From the NCBI RefSeq assembly GCF_040641195.1, contig NZ_JBFADC010000005.1, forward strand, positions 85,866 through 109,865: 24,000 nucleotides of DNA. The letters run 5' to 3'. The notes below the pieces were generated by a model. The model was not told the origin of the DNA. It did not search any database and saw only the letters and a program-made list of their open reading frames with translations. The stretch is from Glycomyces sp. NPDC021274 (GTDB lineage Bacteria; Actinomycetota; Actinomycetes; Mycobacteriales; Micromonosporaceae). A program made the translations under genes and the position numbers. Of the stretch, positions 8,630 to 15,398 are shown in pieces. The number at the start of each line of letters is the position of its first letter. Positions within the stretch are counted from its first letter, which is position 1.

Positions 8630-11600
8630 TTCGCCTCCCCGGGCGTGGTGTTCAGGTACTCGAGCAGGTTGCGGACCCAGCTGAAGTCGGCGCGGATGCG
8701 CTGCACGCGTCCGTCGACGTCGCGCATCACGAACTCGCGGTAGGGGAGCTTCTGCGTCTCCGCCGCATCCACTTCGGACAGCGAGGCGAGGACGCTCTCG
8801 TAGCCGACGCCTGTGGGCACGCGCAGCAGCTTCAGCGCCTCCTCGGCGACCTCGCGGTCCTCGGCGATGCGGCCGACGAAGACCGTGGAGACGAGGTTCT
8901 GCACGTCGAGCCCGAGGATGTCCTTCGGGTTCTGGCTCGCCACCAGCGCCGCGAGGTTCCATTTGCGGGAGTCGCGGGCCAGGCGCACCAGGAACGAGCG
9001 GCCGGACTTCCAGCCCTCCATGAAGTGCGCCTCGTCGAGGCCGACGAGCTTGCGGCGGTGCATGTCGCCGCCGTAGGCGCGGCGCACGGCCAGGCGGTGC
9101 GCGGTGTGGAGCATCGGCAGGGCCAGGGCCTCTTCGGCGCTCCAGTACTCGCGCTCGATCCCGAGGTCGGGCAGGCGCAGGCCGGACATGGTGATCACCG
9201 TGAGCGCGGTGTCGTCCTCGAGCACGCCCTTGTCCGGGCTGCCGAAGAACAGCTTCGCGAGCGGCATCTCGGCGGTGTCGAGCAGGAGCGCGGCGAGTTC
9301 GGCGCCGTCGCCGGTGGCGTGGTCCTCGGCTTCCTGCAGGGACTCGACGACGTCCTCGATGGTCGAGTCCTCCTCGGCCGGGACGTACCGGGCCGCGTGG
9401 CGCAGGAGCCGCGCCGTGGAGGCCTCGCGCTGGATCTGCGGCGGCAGGAGCATCGCGCAGATGTCCTGCACGAGCATGCGCCGTTCGCTGCGCGCGTTGG
9501 AGATCGCGATGTCGTACTCGCGCTGGCCGTCCGGGGAGTCGTCGTAGTGCTCGCGTTTCGGGGAGGGGATGAGCGCGTACGGGGCGAGCGTCCCGTGCTC
9601 CGAGCCGGTGAGGTTGAGGACCCGCGAGTACGGCTTGAGCTCGGGCATCTCGCACAGCCGCGCGAGCGGGCCCGAAGGGTCGAGGAGCGTGACCTGGACG
9701 CCGCGGCGGGCCGCGAGGTAGCCGATCGCGCCCATGAGCGTGGACTTGCCGCCGCCGGGTTCGGCGACGAAGACCGAGAGGCCGGACTTCTCGCGCACTT
9801 CGGTGGCGAAGTGCATGTCGAGGAAGACCGGGCGGCGGCAGGTGCCGGCGGTGCGGCCGATGAGGTCGCCCCGCTGGTCGCCCACAGTGGACGCGGCCTG
9901 CGGCAGGGCCGCGGCGAAGAGCTTGACGGGCATGCGGCGCACGTAGCCGGTCTGCGCGACCGGCTCGCCCGGGATGAACTCGCGGGCCAGCCAGTCCTGG
10001 TTCTTCGGGTGCTGGAGGCTGATGCGCATGTCCCGCTGGTACATCTGCATCAGCGTGCGGGCGCGCTCCAGGCACTCCTCTTTCGTGTCGGCGGTGACGG
10101 CGATGCGGTGCCAGCCGTGGGCGCGGGCGGCGTCGATCGGCAGGCCGGTGGTCATCTCGTCGCCCACGCCGAGGGCGCGTTCGGCGAGGCGCTGGAGCTC
10201 CGGCGGGGCGTCCATCGCGTGCTCGTCGTAGTCGCGCTGCTGGCTTCGGATGAGGCGCAGGCGGTGGTCGAGGTCGCGGAAGGCCTCGCCGGGGCCGAGG
10301 ATGTCGATGCGGCTCGAGAGTTCGACGGGCCAGGGGCAGCGCTCGTGGAAGTGCAGCCACGGCTCGTGGCGCTGCGGGATCTCCAGCTCCTCCATGCGCC
10401 CCACGGTGAGGACCGCGGTGTGCTTCTCCTCGCCGGTGAGGCGGTTGACGAGCTTCACCGTCGAGCCGTACGGGCTCCGGTAGCGCTCGATCGACTCGGT
10501 GAGGGCCAGGACGTCGCCGGTCTCCCACTCGCTGTTGGAGCCTGAGAGCAGGCGCGGCGGCGACATGCCGAGCGCGACGGAGCGGTAGACGAGCCATTCG
10601 AGTTCGGCGGTGGTGGCGCGGCGGGCGCGTACACCGAAGGAGCCGAGGACCTCGTCGAACTGGAGGCTGCGCTTCTCGATCTTCTCGCGCTCGGAGAGCT
10701 TGGTGCCGCGGCCGAACATGCGGCCGACCTTCTCTCCCAGCTGGTCGAGGGCGCCGCGGCGGCTGAAGGTGATGCCGAGGAAGGTCTCGCCCTCGGCGTG
10801 CGAGAGCTGCTGCAGGTGGCGCTGGGCGGCCACGAGGTGGTCGGCCCAGCTGGTGCCGCCCGGGACGGTGCGCAGCGGGCGCGCGGTGTTGCGGTCGACC
10901 GTGCGGGCCCACTCGTCGGCCGGGAACGGCCGGGTGGTGCGGCGGAGGTGGACGCGCATGCCCGCGAGGCCGGCGAACTGCTCGGCGATGGCGACGATGA
11001 GCGCCTCGCGTTCGAGGTCGGGCCGGAAGGACCAGCGCACGCCGGGCAGCTTGTACCAGGCGGTGACCGAGGCGGGCGTGAACGTGGCGTGCCCGGCGAT
11101 CTCGGTGAGGCTCAGCTCGCGGAGCGGCTGCTTCTCCTTGTCGCGGGGCAGCGGCTTGACGCGGGTCGGCTTGAGCTCGGTCGTCTGCAGCTGGGCGGCC
11201 TCGGCGCGGGCCTGCTTGACCGGGACGAGGTCCTGGCCCGGCACCCGTTGTGCACCCTTTTGTTCAGCTGCTGTACGACCTGTGGAAACATTCCCGCGCC
11301 GCTGGTCAACAGCCTGTGGATAACTCTGTCCCGGCTGTGGATAACTTCCGTTGTGCTGTGGATAACCCTGTGGATTTCCGCTGGTGGGAGCCTGTGGGTA
11401 ACGCTGTTGATACCCCTGTGGATAACTCCCCGGATTCTGTGGATAACCCTGGGGATAAGCCTGTGGACGACTCCCTGACGGAGGGGTCATCGGCGCAGGT
11501 GGCGAAGCGTGTCGGACGGAGTCCGAAGAGGAGGACGGGCGCCCGGGCGCCACCGGTGAGGGCTGGGCGGCCGGGCTCGGCTGCGTGGGGCTCGGAGCGG

Positions 11601-11823
11601 GCGGGCTCGCCGAGCGGTGCGCAATGACCGGCTCGGTGCTCTGCTTCCTGACCGGCTCCGCCCTGCTGTGCCCTTTGACGGGCTCCGCCCGAAATACCGC
11701 GTCCGCCAGCGCGGTGGCGTCGTCGCCGAGGTCGCCGGACTGCCGCTCCCGGTCCCGCACGGGTGCGGGGGGCCGGGGGGCGGAGAACTTGGCGACGGGC
11801 TGTCGGCGATCCTCGCCGCTCAT
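8626..11823 (-). CDS. VirB4/TrbE-class type IV secretion ATPase with long disordered N-terminal extension
   Basis: The 1065-aa product has Walker A VAEPGGGKST (about 9738-9755), Walker B KLVGLDEAHFM (about 9026-9049) and the motif ALVASQNPKD. An N-terminal region of about 200 aa is rich in Pro, Gln, Tyr and Ser. ATG 11823 overlaps the upstream stop (ATGA 11820-11823). Confidence 0.9.
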   Translation of the reverse strand: MSGEDRRQPVAKFSAPRPPAPVRDRERQSGDLGDDATALADAVFRAEPVKGHSRAEPVRKQSTEPVIAHRSASPPAPSPTQPSPAAQPSPVAPGRPSSSSDSVRHASPPAPMTPPSGSRPQAYPQGYPQNPGSYPQGYQQRYPQAPTSGNPQGYPQHNGSYPQPGQSYPQAVDQRRGNVSTGRTAAEQKGAQRVPGQDLVPVKQARAEAAQLQTTELKPTRVKPLPRDKEKQPLRELSLTEIAGHATFTPASVTAWYKLPGVRWSFRPDLEREALIVAIAEQFAGLAGMRVHLRRTTRPFPADEWARTVDRNTARPLRTVPGGTSWADHLVAAQRHLQQLSHAEGETFLGITFSRRGALDQLGEKVGRMFGRGTKLSEREKIEKRSLQFDEVLGSFGVRARRATTAELEWLVYRSVALGMSPPRLLSGSNSEWETGDVLALTESIERYRSPYGSTVKLVNRLTGEEKHTAVLTVGRMEELEIPQRHEPWLHFHERCPWPVELSSRIDILGPGEAFRDLDHRLRLIRSQQRDYDEHAMDAPPELQRLAERALGVGDEMTTGLPIDAARAHGWHRIAVTADTKEECLERARTLMQMYQRDMRISLQHPKNQDWLAREFIPGEPVAQTGYVRRMPVKLFAAALPQAASTVGDQRGDLIGRTAGTCRRPVFLDMHFATEVREKSGLSVFVAEPGGGKSTLMGAIGYLAARRGVQVTLLDPSGPLARLCEMPELKPYSRVLNLTGSEHGTLAPYALIPSPKREHYDDSPDGQREYDIAISNARSERRMLVQDICAMLLPPQIQREASTARLLRHAARYVPAEEDSTIEDVVESLQEAEDHATGDGAELAALLLDTAEMPLAKLFFGSPDKGVLEDDTALTVITMSGLRLPDLGIEREYWSAEEALALPMLHTAHRLAVRRAYGGDMHRRKLVGLDEAHFMEGWKSGRSFLVRLARDSRKWNLAALVASQNPKDILGLDVQNLVSTVFVGRIAEDREVAEEALKLLRVPTGVGYESVLASLSEVDAAETQKLPYREFVMRDVDGRVQRIRADFSWVRNLLEYLNTTPGEAK
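11281..11470 (-). repeat. array of DnaA-box-like 9-mers (TTATCCACA on the minus strand) inside the ATPase CDS
   Basis: There are five exact copies of CTGTGGATAAC on the plus strand, at 11314-11324, 11335-11345, 11356-11366, 11416-11426 and 11437-11447. The minus strand reads GTTATCCACAG. Six degenerate copies lie at 11281, 11369, 11393, 11405, 11450 and 11462. All are in one orientation, with spacings of 12, 21 or 24 bp. They encode (G/S)YPQ peptide repeats using the codons GGT/AGT, TAT and CCA. Confidence 0.85.
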
Positions 11824-12209
11824 AGACGCTCCTCAGTTCGGACGGGCTCCACGAGTGTGGGCCGCAAGCGGATCGAACGGGTCGTGAACGCCGGTATCCG
11901 CTTCTCGTCGCCGGCGTCGCGCGTGTGCTTCCAGTCGGTGAGCAGCGTGCGAACAACCGTGGTCGCGGGGCGGTCGGCGTCGACGTAGCGGAAGATCAGC
12001 GAGGTGGCGACGAGGGCGAGGGAGATCTCGATGGCGGGGAAGAGGTCGACGTCGCCGGTGAAGGTCCAGCGGAGCAGCATGAACAGGGCCAGGAGGGCGG
12101 CGAAGGCCCCGTACTGCCCGTAGGGGAGGTGGACGGGGAGGGTGTACCCGGGAGGGCCGAGGTACAGCAGCCGGGCACGGTAGATGTCGTCGTCGGTGCG
12201 CAAGCGCAT
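11820..12209 (-). CDS. small 2-TM membrane protein, VirB3/PrgI-like by size, topology and position
   Basis: The product is 129 aa. ATG 12209 has a GGAGGA Shine-Dalgarno. Two hydrophobic helices are present (GAFAALLALFMLLRW and FPAIEISLALVATSLIF). The stop overlaps the ATPase start. The functional label is inference. Confidence 0.75.
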   Translation of the reverse strand: MRLRTDDDIYRARLLYLGPPGYTLPVHLPYGQYGAFAALLALFMLLRWTFTGDVDLFPAIEISLALVATSLIFRYVDADRPATTVVRTLLTDWKHTRDAGDEKRIPAFTTRSIRLRPTLVEPVRTEERL

Positions 12210-12253
12210 GGGCGTCCTCCGTCCGGCCTTATTTCAGGGGCGATGTGGGGTTG

Positions 12254-12532
12254 CTAATCCTCGGAGCTGAAGAGGATGTCGACCAGGCCGGTGCCGACGG
12301 CGACCAGGACCACCGCTCCGGCGATGAACGCGATCCCGATGATGGCGATCGTGGAGGAGGTGAGCACGCGGCTGACCTCGCCCTTGTTGGAGCGCGCGAT
12401 GAAGATGAGTCCCAGGATGGCCAAGAGAATCGGGGCGATCTTCGACAGGAAGAATCCGATGATCCCCTGCGTGTTGATCTCGGCGCCGGCCTGGGCGTGC
12501 GCGGCCACCGTCCAGAGTGTCTCACTCATCAT
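12254..12532 (-). CDS. small 2-TM membrane protein (pilin/VirB2-like topology; hypothetical), first gene of the T4SS-like operon
   Basis: The preferred start is ATGATG at 12532/12529, with GGAAGGA upstream, giving 92 aa. Two TM helices are present (IIGFFLSKIAPILLAILGLIFIA and TIAIIGIAFIAGAVVLVAVG). The ORF-track start at GTG 12592 would add 20 codons with atypically low GC3, including a TTA codon, so it is less likely. Confidence 0.65.
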   Translation of the reverse strand: MMSETLWTVAAHAQAGAEINTQGIIGFFLSKIAPILLAILGLIFIARSNKGEVSRVLTSSTIAIIGIAFIAGAVVLVAVGTGLVDILFSSED

Positions 12533-12730
12533 CGTCAGTCCCAATCCTTCCGTCACAGGGGTCACTGCAGTCTCACGTAACGCAATCTTCACTCATGTTT
12601 CTTGTCTCCCAACCCATTGCGGGGTCTGCCCCTCATCATATGCCGCGGTGCTGACAGAACGCACCTTCGTCGGGTCGAAGAGCGACTGCAAGCGCTGACA
12701 CGAGACAGTGAACTTGATTCAGCGGCGGAA

Positions 12731-12771
12731 GGCAATCCGATGGACGCGATCACTCCGTGTCGGCAATCCGA
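12731..12771. repeat. exact 10-bp direct repeat GGCAATCCGA x2 in a divergent intergenic region
   Basis: The copies lie at 12731-12740 and 12762-12771, 31 bp start to start. They sit in the untranslated gap of about 386 bp between the T4SS-like operon and the 12919 gene. Function is unknown, and a chance occurrence is not excluded. Confidence 0.3.
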
Positions 12772-12918
12772 CACTAAACTCGGGGAGGTCGGTGTCCTAC
12801 GCTCGGAGACGCCCCTGGGCCGCACAATAGAGCCCGACGAACCAGCACCGACCGACACAACCGAATCCAGCCCACACCGCCGGCCACCAGGCCGAGCACC
12901 GACCTCGCGGAGACCACC

Positions 12919-13752
12919 ATGGACTACATCGACGACATCGCCGGGCGGCTGACCGCCGCCGCGATCGCCTTCGCCGTCGCCGGTCTCGCCGTCGCCGCCC
13001 TCTCCGCCGCCGCCCTCGGCGGAGTGCGGGCCTCCGAGAAGTGGCCCTCCGCCCCCGTCCCGCGCCTCGGCCGCCCCGCCGTCATGGCCGGCGCACTCCT
13101 CGGCCTCGTCATGTTCGCCCTCGCCGCAGGGCTTTTCTCCTTGGCGCAGTTCGGCACCGGGCTCAACGCGAACCTGCGGGTGCTCCTGGCGGTCGGCGTC
13201 GACCTCGCCGCCCTCGCCCTCGGATTGTGGTTGGTGAGCTACGTTGCGGGGAACGTCGAGATGCGCACGCTCATCAACGTGCCCGACCAGCCGATGAACC
13301 CGCCGCCGATCCCGGTGTCGGGCGACCCGACCCGCTACCAGATGCCGGACTACACGGAGACCCCCATGGAACCCGAGCCGCAGGACTACCCGCACACCGC
13401 ACCGGAACCGCGCCACCCGCAGCAGTACCAGCAGGCCTACTCCGAACCGCGGTCGCCGTACGCGCCCGACACCGCCGCCACCGGCAGCCTCCCCGCCGCC
13501 CGCTCCAAAGTCCCGACCATCCCCACCGACACCCGGCCCGGCTGGGTCTTCCAGGACCGCGGCACCGGCGCCTACTACGCCGCCGTCGCCCAGAGCCGCG
13601 GCGGCATCAGCCTCCTCGCCCTCGACGACTTCACCGTCGCCCGCACCGCCTCCCTCGTCGGCCCCCTCGAACTCGTCGGCTCCGTCGAAGCCACCGTGTG
13701 GCCCTTGGAGAACGGCGAGAACGGCAGGACCGAGGCCGAAGCCGAACAATGA
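12919..13752 (+). CDS. membrane protein with Pro/Gln/Tyr-rich linker (hypothetical)
   Basis: The 277-aa ORF is GC3-rich. It has 3-4 TM helices in the first ~115 aa, then a P/Q/Y-rich linker that uses the usual TAC/CCG codons, then a C-terminal domain of about 90 aa. The antisense 386-aa ORF is a Gly/Arg shadow. Confidence 0.75.
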   Translation: MDYIDDIAGRLTAAAIAFAVAGLAVAALSAAALGGVRASEKWPSAPVPRLGRPAVMAGALLGLVMFALAAGLFSLAQFGTGLNANLRVLLAVGVDLAALALGLWLVSYVAGNVEMRTLINVPDQPMNPPPIPVSGDPTRYQMPDYTETPMEPEPQDYPHTAPEPRHPQQYQQAYSEPRSPYAPDTAATGSLPAARSKVPTIPTDTRPGWVFQDRGTGAYYAAVAQSRGGISLLALDDFTVARTASLVGPLELVGSVEATVWPLENGENGRTEAEAEQ

Positions 13753-13765
13753 GTGAACACTGCGG

Positions 13766-14052
13766 TCAGTCGGCCGCGGGCGCGCAGGTGATCCTCAGCA
13801 GATAGGGGTCGAGGTCGTTCTCGGCGTCGACGGCCCCGATGCCCGCTCGCCGCAGGACCGTCTGCACGCGTGCGGTGGCCGCCGTCAGATCGTCGTCGAG
13901 GTCGAACTCGTGCCGACCGGCGCCTGCGGCTCGGCGGTCGCCGGCCCGGAGGTTCGCATTCGACTCGAGGCCGATCTCGCCGCCGAAAGCGCGTCGGACA
14001 CCAGCCCCGCAACCCGCTCGAGCTTCTTCGGCGAAGCCTGCTCAAGACTCAT
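13766..14052 (-). pseudogene. frameshifted paralogue of the deaminase immunity gene (orphan immunity remnant)
   Basis: Translation from ATG 14052 gives MSLEQASPKKLERVAGLVSDAL, which matches MSLDQASDDELERVRGLVADAL at the start of 16530-16919. After about 13985 the homology continues only in the -1 frame: DDDLTAATARVQTVLRRAGIGAVDAENDLDPYLLRITCAPAAD matches DDEAQAVNARLQAALRAAGIESEDAENDFAPYLLRIVSAPGTA, ending at TGA 13768-13766. The middle part is also shorter. An alternative upstream ATG at 14121 overlaps the preceding stop (TGATG). Confidence 0.6.
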
Positions 14053-14120
14053 CGACGATGCCGTCCAACCGGACCGGGCCGCGCCGCCGAATCGCTCCTT
14101 CGGCGCTGAGCCGCCGCCCA

Positions 14121-14354
14121 TCAGCGCGTGGTCGGATCGTCCATGACCCGGCTGTACAGCTCGGCGCACGCCTCGTCCTCGGTCGCGAAGACCTCCTCGT
14201 AAGCCCGCTCGCCGCGCTGCGAATAGTAGACGGCCCAGCCGTTCTCGCGCTGCTCCAGCGTATGGCTCTCGTTCGGCAGCCCGCCCTCGAGCCAGTAGGT
14301 GTTCTCGCGTACGCCCTCGGCTTCGAGCAGGCGGGCGAGGTCGTTCTTCTTCAT
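14121..14354 (-). CDS. putative immunity protein for the TNT-like toxin
   Basis: The product is 77 aa. ATG 14354 has an AAGGTG Shine-Dalgarno and lies 10 nt after the toxin stop. The protein is small, acidic and cytoplasmic in appearance (MKKNDLARLLEAEGVRENTYWLEGG...). The role is inferred from position only. Confidence 0.7.
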   Translation of the reverse strand: MKKNDLARLLEAEGVRENTYWLEGGLPNESHTLEQRENGWAVYYSQRGERAYEEVFATEDEACAELYSRVMDDPTTR

Positions 14355-14364
14355 GGCAGGCACC

Positions 14365-14880
14365 TTACAGTCGAGTGAGCTTCGAATACCCGGACGCATC
14401 AGGTTTCAGCAGGTCTTTTACCGCGGACGGCAGCTTGTACTGCGTCCCCATGCCCGGCTCGCCGAACCACGGCGCGATGGTCGCCTCGTCCACCTCGATG
14501 TCCTCGTTCAGCCGGAACCTGCTGTACGGCGACGACCTGCCTTCGGGCGGCATCGCCCGCTGCTCGAACGGGATCCCGTCGGGCGAGGTGTAGTCGCCCC
14601 AGTCGCTGCCGTACCGGTCGATGATCGTGCCCTTGGGCAGGGTGACCTTCCGGGAAGGGCCGAGCGCGCCCGCATCCGGCGGCCAGTTGAGGTCGCCCCG
14701 GGGCAGGCCCGGAGCGGGCGGCGTGTCCCGGTCGCCATGGCCGGGACCGGGATTGGAGCCTATCGGTGAGGGGCCGGTCATCCACTGCTTGTGCAGATCG
14801 GCCATGGTGGGCGCGGACGAGGCCGACGAGCGGCGGGCGCTGCTGCGGGGCAGGCCGCCTGGATGCTTTCCAGTCGTCAT
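14365..14880 (-). CDS. stand-alone TNT-domain (tuberculosis necrotizing toxin-like) NAD+ glycohydrolase toxin
   Basis: The product is 171 aa. The C-terminal ~95 aa read IIDRYGSDWGDYTSPDGIPFEQRAMPPEGRSSPYSRFRLNEDIEVDEATIAPWFGEPGMGTQYKLP. This follows the TNT/DUF4237 pattern as I recall it: DRyG..G.f.sp.g.p...RalPp, then iapwFgqpGgg.Qy. The N-terminal ~75 aa are Pro/Gly/Ser-rich and low in complexity. Confidence 0.85.
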   Translation of the reverse strand: MTTGKHPGGLPRSSARRSSASSAPTMADLHKQWMTGPSPIGSNPGPGHGDRDTPPAPGLPRGDLNWPPDAGALGPSRKVTLPKGTIIDRYGSDWGDYTSPDGIPFEQRAMPPEGRSSPYSRFRLNEDIEVDEATIAPWFGEPGMGTQYKLPSAVKDLLKPDASGYSKLTRL

Positions 14881-15046
14881 GGGGGTGCGGACCTTCCGTG
14901 GGGGAACCCGGAAGCGGGGTTATCCAGCAAACTAGACCAGCGGTGCCAGTACCACCGTCGTGGCCGCCGATTCCGTGCGCACCAGCCCTGGCGGGCCGGT
15001 GCTAGCCTGACCGCACAGCACCACCGCACCCCCGAGGAGGCTTGAC

Positions 15047-15394
15047 GTGTTCGGTCTCGTGCAAGTCGAAAGCCAGGCGATACGCAGCGCTTCCAGCCGG
15101 ATGAAGCAGTTCGCGAGCCAGGCGAAGAGCCTTCCCCAGAACGCGGTCCAGGCCGCGCAGCGAGCCGAGAGCGCCAACCGGGGATTCATGTGCGCCGACG
15201 GCGCCAAGGACTTCGCCGACGACCTCGAAGAGGACATGAAGGACCTCAACGAGCACCTGGAGGACACCGCCGAAGTCCTCGAGGACATCGCCGACCACTG
15301 GGACCGCGCGGACGAGGACGCCGCCGCCGACTTCAAGCCGATCGGCTCCGAACTGAGCGGCTTCAACGTCCCCACCATCCCCGGAGGAGCGTGA
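15047..15394 (+). CDS. small acidic helical ESX/WXG-like protein (hypothetical)
   Basis: GTG 15047 lies 6 nt after GGAGG. The 115-aa product is predicted all-helical with an HWDRAD turn in place of a clear WxG. It is the first gene of the plus-strand operon. Confidence 0.7.
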   Translation: MFGLVQVESQAIRSASSRMKQFASQAKSLPQNAVQAAQRAESANRGFMCADGAKDFADDLEEDMKDLNEHLEDTAEVLEDIADHWDRADEDAAADFKPIGSELSGFNVPTIPGGA

Positions 15395-15398
15395 CGCG

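Noticed and set aside
8557-10545. 662-aa plus-strand ORF antisense to the ATPase gene.
   Set aside because: It has the typical high-GC shadow-ORF composition (Gly/Arg/Ala/Val-rich, no motifs, no ribosome-binding site). The opposite strand carries a well-supported gene.
6695-10912. The longest ORF in the track (1405 aa, minus strand).
   Set aside because: Its first ~760 residues are Arg/Pro/His-rich nonsense read out of frame across the ATPase gene (8626-11823). That gene has real Walker motifs and correct GC3 phasing. Only the last 644 codons, from the GTG at 8629, look like a real protein.
11281-11470. Interpreting the DnaA-box cluster as the chromosomal oriC, or the periodic repeat as a CRISPR array.
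   Set aside because: The cluster lies inside an intact, coupled CDS with no dnaA/dnaN context and no clear AT-rich unwinding element. The repeats are only 11 bp with 1-13 bp spacers, which is far too short for CRISPR. It is kept as a finding because of the codon anomaly, not as an origin call.
4989-12532. Calling the T4SS-like operon a conjugative plasmid or ICE transfer region.
   Set aside because: I see no relaxase, coupling protein, replication or integration genes, att-like repeats or oriT-like structure in the window. It cannot be excluded that these lie outside, so this is flagged as a test rather than a call.
12589-13749. 386-aa minus-strand ORF, and likewise the 15363-16967 (534 aa) and 19283-21070 (595 aa) minus-strand ORFs.
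   Set aside because: All are Gly/Arg-rich antisense shadows of plus-strand genes that have proper GC3 bias, start-site context and recognisable motifs.
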